Of a stretch of DNA of 64,000 nt, positions 25,615 through 40,037 are shown in pieces. This DNA is from Octopus vulgaris. Lineage: Eukaryota. Location: positions 63,426,001 through 63,490,000 of the forward strand of contig OX597820.1 in NCBI GenBank assembly GCA_951406725.2, given 5' to 3'. The translations under genes were made by a program, and so were the position numbers. Each line of letters opens with the position of its first letter. The first letter of the stretch is position 1. Under the pieces are notes generated by a model that was given only the letters and a program-made list of their open reading frames with translations, had not been told where the DNA came from and ran no database searches.

Positions 25615-25868
25615 CCAGTTTCCGCAACGAGGGTTTTTGTTGTTCCGATCAAGGGAACAGCTCTTAAAATTTACGGGCAAGTGGTTGATCACTCCACAAA
25701 ACGCGTACCCTTAATATAGTTCTCAGGGAAATTCAGCGCGAACCAGAATGTGACAGGGTCTAATTTGTGCCAACTGAGCGAACTTGAACAACGTGAAATA
25801 ACGTGTCTTGCTCAAATCCAACCTTATGATCGTAGGCCGAATATCCTAACCACTTAGCCATGCACTTA
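25615..25868 (-). mobile_element. tRNA-derived SINE, internally deleted
   Basis: Minus head GCATGGCTAAGTGGTTAGG (A box), followed by TGAGCAAGACACGTTATTTCACGTTG, which is shared with 35802-36073. Confidence 0.7.
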
Positions 25869-26008
25869 AAAAAATATGCTTATAGCACATAGGTTTCATG
25901 AGCAGTCGCCCATCTACGTACTAACAATAATTAACGTTGCTGAATTTCAGTGTTCGGACTAGAACTCCCCCCACACATCTATACAAACAGACAGACAGAC
26001 AGACCCGC

Positions 26009-26039
<31 letters not shown>

Positions 26040-26587
26040 CACGTGTATGTCTCTGTATTTCTATATCTATATATATACATATAGATATATATGTATGTGT
26101 GTGTTTTACGATACCGGGAAAATGCTACTTTATGCCCCCTGACCAGTCACTTATAGTGCTAAAAGAGGAAGGAATATCATACATAATTCAATGGAGAATT
26201 GTGGAACAATCCGGTCGTATGTAAATGGTAACAAAGCTGTAAGCTTTGCTTGGCAGAGAGAGCAAGAATCCTAGAAAAAATCGTTTGATTCGGGCGTTTT
26301 CGAAACCCTAGGAAAGTAGTATTTAGTCAATGCCCGCATCTAAAACATTTCCTACTACACAAGTACTTCAATTGGCCCTGTTCCGATCCTTCGAATATGG
26401 CCTCAACTGCACGGACACATATTGTTTATTTACAAAACTACCTGACATTGGTGCATTGCTGCCTCCACTTGCAGAGAGGTCATGCTCTACCAGCCATTTG
26501 AGGGCTATTATATCATGCTTTATATACTTTATATATGCACATATGTATATATATGTGTATATATATATATAGATATGTATATATATA

Positions 26588-26644
<57 letters not shown>

Positions 26645-26744
26645 GTATATATATGCATATCTATATATATGTATGTATGCATGTTTATATTTATTTTTCG
26701 ATTTATCTCTCTTCCTATATTATATATATATGGATATATACATG

Positions 26745-26775
<31 letters not shown>

Positions 26776-27326
26776 TTATGTATGTACTTATGTATGTACA
26801 TACACACACGTATAGACACATACACACATGCATGGAAATGCATGCGTGTGAATGCGTGTGTATGTATGAGTTATGTATATTTTTGCATATATTAATTTTC
26901 TGTTACTGCAGATTTGAGCAACCTTGCATGTAATAGCTATTAACATCATACTTATGACTGGAAGATTCTTGTTTCAATGTGTATACCACACAACCGTATA
27001 TCTAGAGATTTTAGCCTCTTATGTACGTAATAGATATAAACAATATCTTCATTACCCGTCGTGTAATGTTTTGTCTCAATGCTATATTGCACTGCAGAAT
27101 ATATCAAGAGATTTTAGCCTGCAGTGTATACAACAGAGATATATGGAAGCATGTAATAAACAAACATAAATGCTTTCTCTATTATTGATGCGTTAGAAAT
27201 GCATTGTGTGAATGCGATATTTTACAACTGAATATATCTTCAGATTTTACTACGCAACATATGTATATACATATATCAATATGTTATCTTATATGCAACA
27301 TTTTCTTTAACTAAAAAATGGGATCA

Positions 27327-27367
27327 GCCGGACCATTTCAATCCTGTGTTGAGATTTCATCAGCGGC
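27327..27367 (-). ncRNA. Minimal type I hammerhead ribozyme
   Basis: Minus strand reads GCCG | CTGATGA | AATC-TCAACACAG-GATT | GAAA | TGG | TC | CGGC. Stems I and II are perfect 4-bp helices, the core is intact, the triplet is GUC, and stem III is vestigial. Confidence 0.75.
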
Positions 27368-29167
27368 AAAGTATCTTGTTTTGATGTTTACAGAAACTCT
27401 GCTCATAAACCATAATTTGGTATTGACTCAACTAAATATAATGCAAAGTTAACAACTAGTTGTGTTAGCAAATTAATGTTGCGTTCGCAAATTCTGCTAG
27501 TTCGTCAAACAAAGCATTGTTGCGTTAACATTGTTTCTTTCGGGTTCTTTCATTCTGTTATAAAATATATGCTAAGACAGTAGAGTGTGATTTGAGGGAG
27601 CATTGGTTACTATTTCTTACAGCTTGATCAATCGTGTCGCTCGTTCACTTGCTTGTTGACATAGGATATTGAATATTTAGCTGCGGGAAATAAGTTGTAA
27701 CAGATGCACCCAGTAGTTTTAATATCTGTATGCATATAGTTTTCTTTGTATAAGAGGATGTTATTCTAGAGAAGTAAACAAGTAAGCACTGACACAATAT
27801 GACGAGTACGGTAAATTTAATAAATCCAGACCAGAGGCGTAACGAAGGGAGTCAGCGAAAATCGAACAATGCTTAACTGAACCGAACTGAACCGAACAAA
27901 GGCCAGAATGTTAACACATTGCTTATTCTGTTTCTATTCAGTTTTGTAGTTGGAAAGTTTGGGGTAAGTCAGGGATGAAGATACAATGAAGAATTCATAC
28001 TATAGTCGTTTGTTATTAAGTCAGTGCTTTTCTTCTATTTTTAAGGTGTTTGTATTCACTAAATGACTCGGTATTATTAATAAAGGAAAACATGTTCGGT
28101 GTTTTGGTTCCTGTAGTGAGAATCAACAAGAAAAATGAAAAAAAAAAGAAAAAGAAATGTTCACTTATCTCTCAACTATGTATCATATAGTACATCGAAT
28201 TTTGCGTATGTATGACAATTACACTAACGACCTATTGTTACGTGGGAACTATATTAGTGATCCAATTTCTGAAAAAAAGATGAATTTAAATTAGATATAT
28301 AGGATGAGGAAACGAATCGTGTATTGCACACTAAAAAGATAAGTCAGAAAATTCTGAAATCCGAATGGATTAAAAGTTTAAATGGATTTATGCATGGAAA
28401 ATCAATTTGATATTTGTTAAATGTGGTGACATGTTTCCTTCTTATTCAAATTATCACCTCAATTAAAAAAATCGATTTTTGTAGGGCCACCCGCTCAATC
28501 CACGCGTGCGTGAACAGAGAGAGTTTTGAGGGTTATATGTGTTAGTGGCATAAACATTCATTCATTTTGATTAGAGATGGTATTGATATATATCTTCGTT
28601 GGATTATCTTTCACATTACATCGTTATATCTTAAGCTATTAAGAAATTATGCTTAATGAAATTACATTTATTAGTGAATCACTTTCTAATTGATTGTTAA
28701 TGTCGGATAGCATGTATGAGGTAACAGATTTATCATAAATAGAAATATCAAATATAAGCGATATTAATGCTATATTCATTTCATATTTTAGCATAATTAT
28801 TGTGCAAGTTGAGATTTATTTATAGAATAATTTGAGTAGAGTATACTTCCCTATATGAAAATTCCCCCAGCTTGTATTCTGTTATTTTTTCTACCTTCTT
28901 TTGGGTCGGTTTCACGTTGTGTATTCGATAAACTTAATTTTACTAATAATATCACTTCTTAAAATAGCATCACCCTAGGGTTTAGAAGAATCGTAGATAA
29001 ATTCCTTATCCGTGGGCTGATTAGAGTACCTGCGGAAACTATTATTTACTAAGCTGTTCTTAACATTTGTTTATATTGTTTAAAGTTCCATTACGATTAC
29101 AATACTGATAATAATAGGGGTTGGTTAAGGCCAAATTAACATCTTAGAGATGAACTGTGTTAATATC

Positions 29168-29373
29168 GGTTTCCAATTTTGGCAGAAGGTTAGTTATTCC
29201 GGGGGAATCACTTATATCGACCCCTGCGATCAAATGGTGCTTATTTTATCGATTCTGATAGGATGAAAAGCAATGTCGACCTTGGTGGAATTTGAATTCA
29301 GAAAGTAAAGACAGACGAAGTAACGCTAGACATTTTGCTCAGCATGCTAGCAATCCTGATAGATCTCAACCTT
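29168..29373 (-). mobile_element. tRNA-derived SINE (CORE-like body)
   Basis: Minus strand reads TTCTGAATTCAAATTCCACCAAGGTCGACATTGCTTTTCATCC..TCGATAAAATAAGCACC. Same family as 32885-33050. Confidence 0.75.
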
Positions 29374-29904
29374 AGAACTGAGTTAATACTACCCTCTAAA
29401 ATGCTCTAAAATACTAATGTGAAGACTTTAAGTGAATTTTATTTCGCAATTAATTAAATCCGCTTATTGGAGCTTACAATTACGGAGGAATAAGCCTCGT
29501 TCATGCGGTGTGAATACAACTTGATAGAGTAAAACCAGGTTGTTAAGCATTTCATTTGATTCGTTCTCAACTATGTTCACATGAAAACATAGTATTGTAA
29601 TGTTTGATTTTCAAACGGAATATAATTGATGTAAAGCATTGTGGATAATATCCATTTCCGAATCTATGATATTAGCAATTAATGTGAATAATATCGATTT
29701 CTGAATCTACGATATTAGTAATTAATTTGTTAAAATTGTTAAGCCCTCATTGAGTATAGGTTTGGTAATAGCGGTTTAGTTGTTTTAGTTCTTATCTACA
29801 GGGCAATAATTTCGCTTTTAACGTTTGAGATGTTATTATATAACAAGAGAAACATTATTCCAAAACTGTTACTTTTAAAGAAATTTTAAATATCAAGACC
29901 TAAT

Positions 29905-30690
29905 CAATGAAGCCTTTGTCCAGGCTGATATGCAACCCCATTCACCAATGAAGTCATCGACATCGACTGGCCGCTAACGACCAGCATTGCCGTCGTCCTC
30001 CTTGGTGGCCTGTCGTCAGCAGCCACCACCATGAGGCACGATATTGGCAGCATCAACATTGGAGTTCGATAGTCTTCGCTGATGAGAGCCATTACTGCGC
30101 TTCCACCTCGGATGGTAGAGTGAGGCTGAGGCATAGGAGGAATGAACGCTGCAGAAACGCTTGTGTCACCATTGCCACGTGTTTCAGCAGGACAATATTC
30201 CTTCCCAAACAGCCAGGGTATCCATGGACTTCCTGCATCAGCACAACATTAGAATCATGGCGTGACCGGCTCTCATCCCAGATTTCAAACCAATTGAACC
30301 TGTCGGATGATATCCAGACACGACTGAACCAAGTGATTTCAAAGCCAACAACTTGTGTGGAACTGGAGACTGCTATCCTCAGTATGTGGGCACGGGTGTG
30401 AATGTCTTTTATGAACCGCCTCATGCACTCCATATACCGAAGGTGTATCGCTGTTTTGAAGACCCAGTGAGGGCATACACAGTATTGGGCATGTTACATC
30501 CTACAATTGCGATGTGCTGGATCTGCGCATTACCAGAACACATGACAACGACGCGCAGACAGTGGTCAAAGTGCATCCAAGAAATTGACTTTATTTTATC
30601 AGAGTTATCAAAATTTAATGCTGACATAATAAAATCGAAACATATTTCACAGTCTCACACGTCTCGCGTTTCTTTTGCGGTTCAATGTAG
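29905..30690 (+). pseudogene. Decayed Tc1-like (DD34E) transposase and right end
   Basis: IVFADESHYC (~30070) and FQQDNIPSQTARVSMDFLHQHNIRIMA*PALIPDFKPIE (30182-30300). Right end is ..CGTTTCTTTTGCGGTTCAATGTA. Confidence 0.8.
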
Positions 30691-31255
30691 TTCTGGAAAC
30701 TAGACAATTGATGAAAACCATAGACGAAATACGCACGGCAACTGAAACTTGCTCAGGATGGCTATGATTGATAAGAGACTGCAAGTGGAACCCTTACCTA
30801 GAGTGACATAGCGAGAATCTCAGTTCTCGCTATATCACTCCGGTGAAGCGTACAGGCGAAGAAGCGAAACGTTTGCGACCCTGAGATACATGCTGATGAT
30901 ATGCAATGGTTTTCAACATTACATTATACATAGAAGAACTTGCAAAAGCTCTTAGAAGCTCCTGCAGATTTTGCTTTGGGCAAAAGCCTCTCCGTTGCTT
31001 GTTTCCCTAATATAACTATATACAGACTTCTGAACACAGTGGCTTTTTAATAAAGATAAAGCATCTTTTTCAAATGATGGATGCAGGTTGTTTATGAACG
31101 CTTTAAAAAATTAATTGCAAATATATATATATTATATATATATTATATATATATATATAAACATCTACATATACATACATATATACACATATATATATAT
31201 ATATTTATAAATTTATATAAATTTATATATTTATATATATATATATATATATGTG

Positions 31256-31296
<41 letters not shown>

Positions 31297-31987
31297 ATTT
31301 ACATTTGGAAGTGTGTGTGTGTGGATGTGATATTCTTAAGAATTAAAAGGAAAAGGATATTGTTTATAACACTATACAGACTTCTGAACACAGTGGCTTT
31401 TTAATAAAGATAAAGCATCTTTTTCAAATGATGGATGCAGGTTGCTTATGAACGATTTAACAAATTAATTCCAAATTTCTGTTTGTTGTTTGTGCTATGT
31501 TTCTCTATTTCAAACAAAATATGATCGTCACTTGTCAATTTTTTGCATTCGATGGCCAAATGATGGAAGTAGGGGATATACATATGTTTTTTTCCTGACA
31601 AATCTAATTCTGAATTCAGCATTCTAGAATCTGTAGTTATATAGCTTCACTCCTATAATTGGTTCACCTTTGTGCCGGGAATCCATCTCCATTGATGAAC
31701 TAACAAATCTAACTCCATCCCCCAGATGAGTAATGAATGACAAAACATGAGTCCAGTAAACTATCTTATTGCATACAAATCGCAAAATTAGTTTCCATTA
31801 TATGCTGTCACAAGCTCATTCTAATGTTCGAAGTAATTTATCCTGAATTTTCAAAATTCATATAATAAAACATTATCAGTTCATTATTGTTCAAACACCT
31901 TCCGAGGTTGAGACGCATATGTCTATGCGTATTTGTGTGAGCATGTGTATGCCTATATGGCTGTGTGTACGTTTTTGAGAGTTTGTG

Positions 31988-32300
31988 TAGGCAGAGTATG
32001 GCCGGGCAGTTAAGGAGCTGACTTCTCTGTTATCAAATTTTGTGTTCGAACCTATCATGTAACATCTTGGGCAAGTGTCCTCAACAGGAAACCGTATATA
32101 TAAGCTTTTAGGGAAGATTATACTTGTGATTCAAAACGGATTGTCTTTTCATTGGCTGAGTCACGTTAATTCTGAATGAGAATCACATTAAGGGTACACA
32201 TGTGCGTGGAATGCATTTTCATTTACATAGTAATTAAGGAACAATATGCGGTTGATCAGTCAATTAAATTCTCATTGTCGAGCGTTGGAGATTCTGCGCC
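31988..32300 (+). mobile_element. Diverged SINE
   Basis: A/B-box-like head followed by TCTTGGGCAAGTGTC. The tail ATTAAGGGTACACATGTG is shared with 25615-25868. Confidence 0.55.
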
Positions 32301-32884
32301 CACCTTATATGTGTATGTATTTGTACGTGCACGCGCGTGTGTCTGTGCGTGTCTGTGCTTGTAAGTGTCTTAGATATTCAAAATTGTAGGCGTCGTGAAA
32401 TTTACATTAAATCCCATTGGATGATGGAGTCTCTGATGTGTAAGATACTGGAATGGGACACTGGTCAAATAGATCTTAGAGCTTAAAGAATACAAATATA
32501 ACATCTATGAAGACACGGAAGTAAACCAGTTTTCTGGAAAACCTCACAGTAAATCATCTGGTACAAAAGTCCACGACAATCGTTGGGAACTACTTGTAAT
32601 ATATCAGTGAGTTCGCCTTTATGAAGTCGCTGGTCTGTTAGAAGAAGTTGGCCTATTCCCCTAAAATTATATCCTGTTGTTTACAAAAGGAAGTGTCACA
32701 TTGATATAGAAAAATTCCAATTGGTAATACACAGGTAAAATTAAGGAGAGTCTTGGCTGGAACGCACCTGGTTGCATCTCTGTTATGTGAACGTCACCCA
32801 TGGTCGAATCGCGATATCTGCACATGGTGAGTAGATATACTGATTTCAGAATTTTTTTGCAGAGTCGCAAATTTCGATGAAGGA

Positions 32885-33050
32885 GTAAGTTGATTACATC
32901 GACCCCAGTGATCAACTGGTACTAATTTTATCGACTCTGAAGGGATGAAGGATAAAGTCGACCTTGGCGAAATTTGAACTCAGAGAGTAAAGCGAAAAAT
33001 GCCGCTAAACATTTCGCCCGGCGTACTAACGATTCTGCTACCCTACTGCA
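32885..33050 (-). mobile_element. tRNA-derived SINE (CORE-like body)
   Basis: Minus strand reads GCAGAATCGTTAGTACGCCGGGCGAAATGTTTAGCGG..CTGAGTTCAAATTTCGCCAAGGTCGACTTTATCCTTCATCC. Confidence 0.8.
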
Positions 33051-33681
33051 TTAATGGGGGTGTAAATATTAAAATAATGTTTTAGTTTTCTATCATAATT
33101 ACATTTTCAAAGGCGTGTGAGTTAAATAACGCCGTTACCTCTTCGGTGTAATATGCTTATCTGTATTTCACCAATCTAGTTTAAGTTCTGGATTGAAATA
33201 CTACAGAAGTGACCTTTTCCTTTGATTCTTTCAAGCTCGACCACTCCCTTACAAAATAGACGTCCTTATGCCAAAAGTGGAATGAATTATAATTATATTC
33301 ATAGGTTGCCGGTTAACAAAATCTACCACAGAGCTTATTTTAGTGATGAGAGAAGGCAAACCTGACCGAGACGAGGTTTCAACTCAAAGTTAAAGAGTCA
33401 TACGTAAATACAGCAAATGCTGTTTCCCTACTCGTGAATAATAATGAAAATGATGATTTTGAGGGTGGTAAAGGAGATGGAATTTGTGGTTGAGGAAAAT
33501 TAAGATGCTTAAGTCTTGCTTAATTTATTTCAAATGTTTTAACACAATATGTCTGAAAGCCTCTTTGTGTGTATAGGTATCCATGTATTTACATACGTGC
33601 ACTTGCGTATATGTATCTCTCTAAATAACTAACTATCTAACTATATATGTATATTCATGTGTGTATGTGTATATTACATAT

Positions 33682-33717
<36 letters not shown>

Positions 33718-33772
33718 ATCTACATATACATACATATATACATATATATATATATTCATATATATATTTATG

Positions 33773-33849
<77 letters not shown>

Positions 33850-33866
33850 TTACATTTGGAAGTGTG

Positions 33867-33905
<39 letters not shown>

Positions 33906-34775
33906 TTACATTTGGAAGTGTGTGTGTGGATGTGATATTCTTAAGAATTAAAAGGAAAATAATAATATTAACCAAATACGACAATTTCTGAACAAAAGAA
34001 AGGAATTATGTAAAAGTAAACCAGCAAAAGTTACTTAAAAATAGAGGAAATTTTTTTTCCTTTAAAAAAAAATAAATTGAAATCTATTTAGAATAGAGGA
34101 AAGCAAAAGCAGAAAAAAATTCCCTTGAGGACTCAAAGTGTAGAGTGAAACAAGAGAACAAAGGGAGAAAGAGAGTCAGAGGAGGAAATATGAGAAATGT
34201 GAAAGAATGTTTATTAAAAAATATATACACTAACAAAGCGCAAAATCATAAATGACAAATTAAAAGGAATATGAGAGAAATAGGGAAAAACAGAGTAATA
34301 TAGAATGATTTAGTTTTGGTAACAGAGGAATTTATAAAAACATAAGAAAGTTAAGAAAGAAAAATATATCAAGAAAGCCATATTTTTTTCCGCTTATTTA
34401 TTAATTTATTTATTGTTAAATATATTTATATAATCAAACAATGTTGCGAGGTATTTGTTTTTTTTTTCTATTTAAAATATCTGCCGCCTCGTATTTATTT
34501 CTGTTTCGGTTGTTGTTTATTTATATAGGTAGGGAGCTGGTGTGTGCGTGAGAATGAAAACAAGTGAAGGAGAGTGAGATAGAGAGACAGATAGAGCGAA
34601 AGAGAATTACAGAATAGAAACAGAAAGAATGGAAGGTGTAATATACATGCACACGCGAAAACGCAAACACACATGCATATATATATATAAATACACACAC
34701 ACACATAAGATCTATATGTAATATATGCACATATACATATGCATACGTACACATATGTGTATGTATATGCGTGTG

Positions 34776-34828
<53 letters not shown>

Positions 34829-34833
34829 GTATG

Positions 34834-34891
<58 letters not shown>

Positions 34892-34940
34892 CATATATAC
34901 ATCCATACATACATACATACATATATATAGATACATACAC

Positions 34941-35025
<85 letters not shown>

Positions 35026-35431
35026 GCTTCGCAGAGCAAAAGAAGAAATAGAGAGCAAAGGAAAAACAGAGATAACGTCAACTTAGCACAGATTTTGCAG
35101 CGAAAATGTCGGAAAGATTTACAAATAACAACCCCAATTATTTTATTGAAGTTTACCGAGAAATGTTCTTGTTTATAACGAAAAAGATATGCCTTCAGGG
35201 AAGGGTGTATTTGGTTTTATATCATTTTTGCTAGCAGCTCGTTTTTGTTATGCTTCTATTGTCGAGTTTTTCACCCGTTTCCTTTCTTCACTTTTCCATT
35301 GAGATATAGTTGAATGTTGCCTATTGGGTAACATTATATGTGAGTTTTACAAGTGCACTACGCACGGTGTATGTCAGGTATTTTGTTTGTCTGATGTAGG
35401 GTGTGTGCCTATGCATACGTATGTATGTATA

Positions 35432-35466
<35 letters not shown>

Positions 35467-35801
35467 TATATATATACATATAAATATATATAAATATATA
35501 TATGTATGTATATATATGTAAGTATATATATGTATATACATATATATATATATGTTTATATATATATATTAGCTAGATGTACACAATTTTTCAATTGCAC
35601 AGAAACTTTGAAATACATCTATGTATATAAGTGGGTATATGTGTGTGTGAGTATATATACATATATATACATATGTGTGTGTTTATGTATATATATATAT
35701 ACATATATATATAGATATATATATACATACATATATATATATACATATATATATATACACATATATATATACATATATACATATATATATATACATATAT
35801 A

Positions 35802-36072
35802 AGTCTGGGCAAGGTTGTTTTATGGAAGACCAGCAGTCGCCCATGCATACCGGCCTCCCCTCTCCACGTCACCGATGTTGTCCAAGGGAAAGGCAAGGGC
35901 CGATACAGCTTGGCACCTGTGACGTCGCAACTCATTTCTACAGCTGAGTGAACTGGAGCAACGTGAAATAAAGTGCCTTGCTCAAGAACACAACACGCAG
36001 CCCCGTCCGGGATTCGAGCTCACAACCTCACGATCGTAAGCTCGATGCTCTAACCACTGAGCCATGCGCCTT

Positions 36073-36073
<1 letters not shown>
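35802..36073 (-). mobile_element. tRNA-derived SINE, well preserved, within (TA)n
   Basis: Minus strand reads GAAGGCGCATGGCTCAGTGGTTAGAGC (A box)...GAGCTCGAATCCCGG (B box)...TTGTGTTCTTGAGCAAGGCACTTTATTTCAC. Confidence 0.85.
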
Positions 36074-36168
<95 letters not shown>

Positions 36169-36949
36169 TATACATACATATATACATATATACTTATATA
36201 TATCAAATGGATGTCTTAGAACACTATTCCGCACATGCAATAACACCCAAACTAACAATCCAACATTCCTCCATCATCAGCTACTCCACAGATATCACTA
36301 TGATTTCGGCACCTGGGCAGTACAATTCAATTCAATTCAGCGGTGTCAACAACACTAAAATAAGTGTTGTTTGGGAACAAAAAACTTACCTTAGATATCA
36401 CCACATTCATTCAATTTAAATCCTAAGAAGGATTATACACTAGCATTAATAATAAAAGTGCAACAAGGAATCCACATTTACCCTATGTACAAACCAGTAT
36501 CGGTAAATTAATAATTCTATAAGTGAGCCTATAACTAACTCCTAAAATATCTAAGTAAATAGCAACATACAGATAGTATTCCCACCAGTCTTCCATAGTT
36601 ATTAATATAAAGGTGAAAGCTTTTATATGCTTTTTCTTCCGAAACAAAACAAACTCGGTGGAAGTTAACTTAATCATATAATCCTAAGTGAATTATACTA
36701 TTTCATATCCCAAAAGTTAATAATGAAAACACTCCATACGTATTAAACATTCGTTATCCTCACACGTATTAATGTTAATCTTATACCAGTAATTAACTGA
36801 TGGTACTAATTTATCCTTATTAAATTAGCAACTAATAAAAGGATACCTTTAAATGACAGTTATCATTAAAACCTTGTTACGAGTAAAACAGAAATTACAA
36901 CTGTTTAAAAGAAATTATACATTAAAGTACTACCACTTACATGTTTGCT

Positions 36950-37032
36950 ACACACACGAGTTTCAAGTCAACAATTTTCCCAAAACCATATTTGGTGGTG
37001 TGGTGCGTAGTCCACTACTTTCTTCAGTGTCT
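36950..37032 (-). ncRNA. Degenerate hammerhead-like motif
   Basis: Minus strand reads AGACA | CTGAAGA | AAGT..48 nt..ACTT | GAAA | CTCG | TG | TGTGT. The core is intact but position 17 is G, which is predicted non-cleaving. Confidence 0.45.
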
Positions 37033-37450
37033 CAACTATCTGGTTACGTAGTGCGTAGTCTCAAATATATTTAACAATTTTGGTGACGTAGTACGCAATT
37101 AAATTTACCTGCAAACATTCCAGGAAAACTTACAATCCAGGGTACTACCGAAACACATAGGTCCCGGTCAAATACAGATGTTCCGATGTATCTATGTATA
37201 TGTAGATTTGTCTAACATTTGTAGCATGCTGAGCTACCACATGCATGCTCTCACACTGGATCGATAATATCTACTTCACTAAAAAAATTGTTGCTTTATT
37301 GGATGTGGTCTAAAAATATGTATATTCACCGGATTTCTGCTAAGCAGCATTTCATTTATCTTTCACAACACATTTCGTGTACATCGTTACCATCCACTTT
37401 TCTCTTTCTCTTTCTCAGTCATTTTCACTTTCATTCTCTTCCCCACTCTC

Positions 37451-37532
<82 letters not shown>

Positions 37533-37619
37533 GAGAGAGAGAGAGAGAGACTGAGAGTGAGAGAGAGTTAAAGAAAATAGTCTAATAATGGACCATATAA
37601 GTCCTCGACGGAAAAAAGT

Positions 37620-37830
<211 letters not shown>

Positions 37831-38897
37831 GTACTGTTCCGTGATGGTAAGGTCAACAAAAAGGGGCCTCCATCTGGTGAAGGACAAATATTGTTTTATA
37901 TAAACAATATATATTTTTATGTGTTACTATTAGTTTCATGTTCTGAGGGCATGCCAGACAGCATTCTTAACACTTCCGGTGTCCTGGCACAATAATCAAA
38001 CACTCATACAATGTGGGCAGTGCCAGACTTGTTAAAAAATACTGTTTTGTGTGCCCTCAGTGCATTAAACTAATAGTAGAATACATATATATATATACAC
38101 ATACCTATTTGTCTATCTGTCTAATTCCGTATCTCGAAATGAATACAATTACAGCTAACACCATTCGTCATTTTTTTTCAAACAAAATATATCAAATACT
38201 TTGATGTACAACTTAACTTGGAGTTTGATTAATTGCAAATATTCTTCACACATAATACCGCATTAGTTACCTTCCAATGATGTCATGAGGACTCGTGTAG
38301 CATAAATCACTTGCAATTATATGGTTGATAGATGAGACTTGTCTGATACATGATTTCACCCTGCTATGGGTACCAAAGAGAGAAATGTCCAGCAGTGGCA
38401 TAACAGCTGACTTTTCCGACAACGATATATAGAATATAAGTGTCTGTTATTATAGAATATAAGTGTATGTTGCAAAAAGCCAGTGCAGTTATCAAATAAT
38501 ATTTATTTGTGGTAATACAGTATTAATAACAACATGTAATCTTGATCCCCAACTTCTGTCACTATTACTTCTATTTAATATTCTTTATTACTAAAACACG
38601 TGGAGTCACGTAGTACATGAGAGATAATATCTCGTAATATTTGACGAGATTAGATGTTTCAGTTTGTAATTGGGGAATAAGGAAAGATGTGCATAAAATG
38701 CAAACGCTTAAATACTTTTTGCTCTAGTATTACAAACTTCGGAAGTGTCTAATCTTTAGTGATCATGTATAGCACTAGTTCAGTCATTTTAGGAATGTTT
38801 TAGAAATCATCAACTTGACATAACTCCAGATTATCATCATAATCATCCTATTCATCATCATCATCATCATCGTCATCACCATCATCATAATCGTCAC

Positions 38898-38942
<45 letters not shown>

Positions 38943-40037
38943 TGTCACCATCATCGTCCTCGTCACCACCATCCATCATCATCATCGTCACCACCACCAT
39001 CATCATCATGTGAGAGAGGTGAACTGGCAGAGTCGGTAAGGCGTGGGGGAAAATACTTACCGATATTTAAACACACACCTTTACTGTATATGTTCAGGAT
39101 AAATTCGGTTGTATTTTATGTCTTGTGTTTCCCCCAGGAAAAGCTGACTATATCGGTGAACCATGAAAGGCGCTAGAGAGCATAACGTTTAAAGTTGTAG
39201 TTGAGAAAATATTAGCTGACATGGAGGACTGGGATCCATCTGAATTTGGGGAAACGAGTTACCTATATCATGATGATTCGCTCGGATGTCATAAATCCGA
39301 CATCACAACTAATGCTCAATGATCTGCGAGCACTTTAAAGACTGGACAGCGGCAACGTAGACTACGATGCTGAGAAGCCCCACGTAGGGATACAGCAGGC
39401 TTCCTGATTGCATCTACTCGTCGGGATTTATCTAACAGCTGCATGAACATGGTTTTATCCTCCCCTGAGACAGTTAAGAGAAGCTGCTGAACACTCTGGC
39501 CAAGTTCTGGCTGAAAAGCGATGCTGCTAAAGGCCATGTGTGACAGGGGATTCAGCTTCTTGTTATACATCTGGAAAAAGTCAGATGTGGGTGTTGAATA
39601 ATTTATACGACTTCATCTGCCTCAACTTCCGCTTTTCTTATTCCCCGGACTGTAATCTAATCAATCATTTTATATGACGCACGCAGGACGTTGACTTCAA
39701 CCCCTCTAGCGGCAAAACTAAGATATTTACAATTGAAATTTCTATTATGTGCAATGCGCTATGATCTCTCTCTCTCTCTCTCCCTCTCTCTCTCGCCCCG
39801 ACTCAGCAAACTCCTACTCTTTACCCTCTATGCCTATACTACCTTTTTAATCCTTCATTACAAAGCAAATCTCCCTTCTCATTTCCCCCACCTCTATCTC
39901 TTTCTCTGTATGCTATCATTTTCTGTGTTTCTCTTCGTAATTGCCCTCTCTGTATTCACAAAGACTATCAATGGAACAGTGTGTTCGAAACATTTTAAGC
40001 TTCCTTTCAGCATAACTGTGCCACGTTGTGTTATAAA

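Noticed and set aside
39316-39570. 84-aa minus ORF preceded by an acceptor-like TTTTTCCAG
   Set aside because: No recognisable domain or partner exons; cannot support it as a host exon without RNA data.
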